A DNA stretch of 63,401 bases, the filler included, from Reticulomyxa filosa (Eukaryota; Protista; Foraminifera): the NCBI GenBank assembly GCA_000512085.1. It is 24 parts of 24 records of this genome, joined end to end, with 100 filler letters (N's around TTAATTAATTAA, not from the genome) between each part and the next. Parts side by side here need not be neighbours in the genome. Positions count along the whole stretch, not along the records: positions 60,862 to 62,166 come from ASPP01011139.1; positions 62,267 to 63,401 come from ASPP01016366.1; 22 more parts are not named here. One strand, 5' to 3'. The translations under genes were made by a program, and so were the position numbers. This document shows, piece by piece, positions 60,862-63,401 of this stretch; the stretch's first letter is position 1, and each line of letters opens with the position of its first letter. Below the pieces are notes generated by a model. The model saw nothing but the letters and a program-made list of their open reading frames with translations, was not told the DNA's origin and did not search any database.

Positions 60862-62166
60862 AACGAGAAGACGCTCTAGTATCTTTTTTTTGAGGCAGTA
60901 TCGACTGTTCTTCAGGTACTTTTTCTCCGTTGTCGACACCTGTGTCATTTGTTGTTGTTGTTGTTGTTGTTGTTGTTGCTGTTGTGGTTGAACATTGTCT
61001 TTAGACGTTTCATCCTTATTTGCATTGACATCATGGACACTTTGCTTTTGAAGGGAAGACGAATCGGTGCCAGAAGAGAGCAACGGCTCGAGCCGCAGAC
61101 GATTGACATTAGTAGTGTCTTGTGTAGTGGACCGCTGACGCAACGACTGCGTCGGAGAAATGATCCGCAAGGACAGCTTCTTCCATTTGCTTTTGGACTC
61201 GTCGATGTCAAACAAGGCAAACTCCTCGTCGGTGAACTCCTCTTGAGTGGTCAGTCTATGTGTGGACTTTTTGTCGGCGAGTGGCACGGACGACCTTCGA
61301 GGCAAAGATCCCGCGCCGCTTCTGGTTTTTTTCCTACTGTCGCCACCGCTGTTGTGCGGGGACGACGTGCCCATCGAAACGGCCCGTTCCACTGCTGTGC
61401 TTTGTTTGGGCGAACTCTCGCTTCGTCCAAGAGACATTGTCGTGTCATGTGCACTCGCAGCGCGTCGATATCATCTTCCTCCTTTGCCTTCTTTTTCGCT
61501 TTCGAGAAGCCGAGCGCGTTGTTTCCATTGGCAGACGGCGATAGCGATGATGATCTCACTACACCAGCCGTCGATTCGGATGTGTATTGTTGCAATATCG
61601 TTTTTTTATCCACTGTCGTAATTACATTTGCATTTGCATTCGTATTAATATTAGTATTGGTATTAATATTAGTATTGGTATTGGTATTGGTATTTGCATT
61701 TGCATTTGCATTTGCATTTGCATTTGCATCAGACTCTTTTTCCTTTGTCTCATTGTCCAAACCTTGCTCCAAAACATCCATAATGTCCTCCTCATTAAAG
61801 TCCTCCGTGATCCAATCCATGTCAACGTGTTCAGGATCACTCATCTGAGCCGTGTTGTTGATATTCATTGTGTTGTTGCTGCTGCTGCGGTGATGTGCAT
61901 TGGCACTCAGGTTTTCTTTCGAAAGACTTCTGTGATTGGACAAGTTGGTCCTCAGTTGTCGCAAACTGATCGTGCGCTCGGGCTGATTGTGCAGATACGC
62001 AAATTGGATCAGTGGCGGCTCAAACACCTGTCTCTCAATCTCTTTCGTCGGATAGCACAGCATGAATGTCACAATTTGTGTGTCAACAAATCGTTCTTCT
62101 TGTGGCGCCTCGTACAGTGATGACACGTGGAATCCGAAACTTTCTTTCGTTGTTGTTTCGATTAAT
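60862..62166 (-). CDS. Hypothetical low-complexity protein (AN/TN repeats, poly-Q), partial, frame shift near 61440
   Basis: Two long overlapping minus-strand ORFs with coding-like composition. No recognisable domain. Confidence 0.4.
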
Positions 62167-62311
62167 NNNNNNNNNNNNNNNNNNNNNNNNNNNNNNNNNN
62201 NNNNNNNNNNTTAATTAATTAANNNNNNNNNNNNNNNNNNNNNNNNNNNNNNNNNNNNNNNNNNNNAAAAAAAAAAAAAAAAAACAAAAAAAAAAAAAAA
62301 AAAAAAAACAG

Positions 62312-63193
62312 GCTAAATATTTTGCACAAATAAAATCCGTTGGAAAGCATTTGGATTATGTGAGAAGCGTAAAATTTTCACCAGATGCAACAAAGATTGT
62401 GTCATCATCATGTGATCGAACAGTTGTGTTATGGGATGTGCAATCAGGAAAGGAGATTCATGTAATGAATGAGCATTCAAACATTGTGAATTGTGCGCAA
62501 TTTTCACCCGATGGAAATACAATTGTGTCATGTTCAGATGATAAAACAATTCGATTGTGGGATGTGCATTCTGGACAAAAAATAAGGAATTTGGAAGGAC
62601 ATTCACGTGCTGTGACGAGTGTTCGATTTTCATCGGATGGAAATACTATTGTGTCCAGTTCATATGATCGAACATTACGACTGTGGAATGCGCAATCTGG
62701 AAAATATATCAGACGATTTAAGGGACATACGGATTGGATAAACGATGTTCAATTCTCTCCTAATGATCAAATGCTTGTGTCCGCTTCCAATGATCTAAGT
62801 ATTATTGTATGGGGCAGTCGATCCGGACAAAAATGCAAATTTGTTGGACATTCAAACTATGTTACAAGAGCTCAGTTTTCACCAGATGGAAAATTTGTTG
62901 TATCGAGCTCATGGGATAGCACTGTTAGGATTTGGGATTTGCAAACTTCACAAGGGTTAAAAATATTGCACGGACATTTAAGCGGGGTGTTTGATGCAAA
63001 GTTTTTACCATGTGGACAAACTATTGTGTCATGCTCAAGAGATAACACTATTCGACTATGGAATGTGAAAACGGGACAGGAAACTGATAAATTGGAAGGG
63101 CACACAGACCGTGTTTCAGGACTGGACATTTCCTTTGATGGCCGCATGATTGTGTCCGGCTCTTATGATAACACTATTCTACTATGGGGGTGA
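62312..63193 (+). CDS. WD40-repeat protein, terminal exon (7 repeats)
   Basis: Regular GH...FSPDG..IVSSS.D.TIRLWD repeats. Acceptor CAG at 62309-62311 is in frame. Confidence 0.93.
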   Translation, partial: AKYFAQIKSVGKHLDYVRSVKFSPDATKIVSSSCDRTVVLWDVQSGKEIHVMNEHSNIVNCAQFSPDGNTIVSCSDDKTIRLWDVHSGQKIRNLEGHSRAVTSVRFSSDGNTIVSSSYDRTLRLWNAQSGKYIRRFKGHTDWINDVQFSPNDQMLVSASNDLSIIVWGSRSGQKCKFVGHSNYVTRAQFSPDGKFVVSSSWDSTVRIWDLQTSQGLKILHGHLSGVFDAKFLPCGQTIVSCSRDNTIRLWNVKTGQETDKLEGHTDRVSGLDISFDGRMIVSGSYDNTILLWG

Positions 63194-63401
63194 TAAAACA
63201 TTGTTTTTGTTCGTGTTCAAATTCATTTGGTTTGTTTCTGCTTTCTTATCGCAATTTAATTCATTTTGTAAAACAAATCGATTTTGAAAAAAAAAAAAAA
63301 GAATTTAAAATTCAAAAGACTTTGCAAAAGTATCATTTTTAAAAGAAGGAAAAAAAAAAAAAAAGAAGAGACAAAGAAGATAATTGAGTCTTTTATTATT
63401 C

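Noticed and set aside
4772-62266. Regularly recurring TTAATTAATTAA flanked by Ns, resembling a repeat array, and ORFs ending in ...XXXLIN
   Set aside because: Synthetic six-frame-stop linker used to concatenate contigs. Adjacency across linkers has no biological meaning.

Overview
This window is not one locus. It is 24 unrelated contigs joined by 23 artificial 100-bp linkers (N44-TTAATTAATTAA-N44). Twenty-one contigs are AT-rich, intron-containing eukaryotic protist DNA. The WD40/TPR family expansions, A/T-tract introns and homopolymeric amino-acid runs resemble the foraminiferan Reticulomyxa filosa draft assembly, but that is an inference. Three contigs (4872-5972, 25309-26370, 49034-50837) are GC-richer, intron-less bacterial DNA. 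Recognisable genes, mostly partial: an ankyrin plus Cys-protease-like protein, TPR proteins, a PhyH-type dioxygenase, an RNF213-like E3 remnant, a CTL/SLC44 transporter, a RelA/SpoT-like NTase-domain protein, a clathrin heavy-chain fragment, Sec31, a Rho GTPase, a MABP-domain protein, SF3A1, an M1 aminopeptidase, a DysF-domain protein, choline/ethanolamine kinase, a C2H2 zinc-finger protein, TLDc and WD40 proteins. The bacterial contigs carry an SDR, a K+-channel-like protein, a GlyGly-CTERM protein, tcdA and a periplasmic binding protein. There are also LINE and CRE-like retroelement remnants and a TIR element. The most striking unexplained feature is a 307-nt minus-strand element at 2605-2911. 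It has tRNA acceptor, D and T arms, A/B boxes and a T9 terminator, but its anticodon loop is replaced by a ~246-nt multi-hairpin domain. It is a candidate tRNA-scaffolded structured ncRNA.
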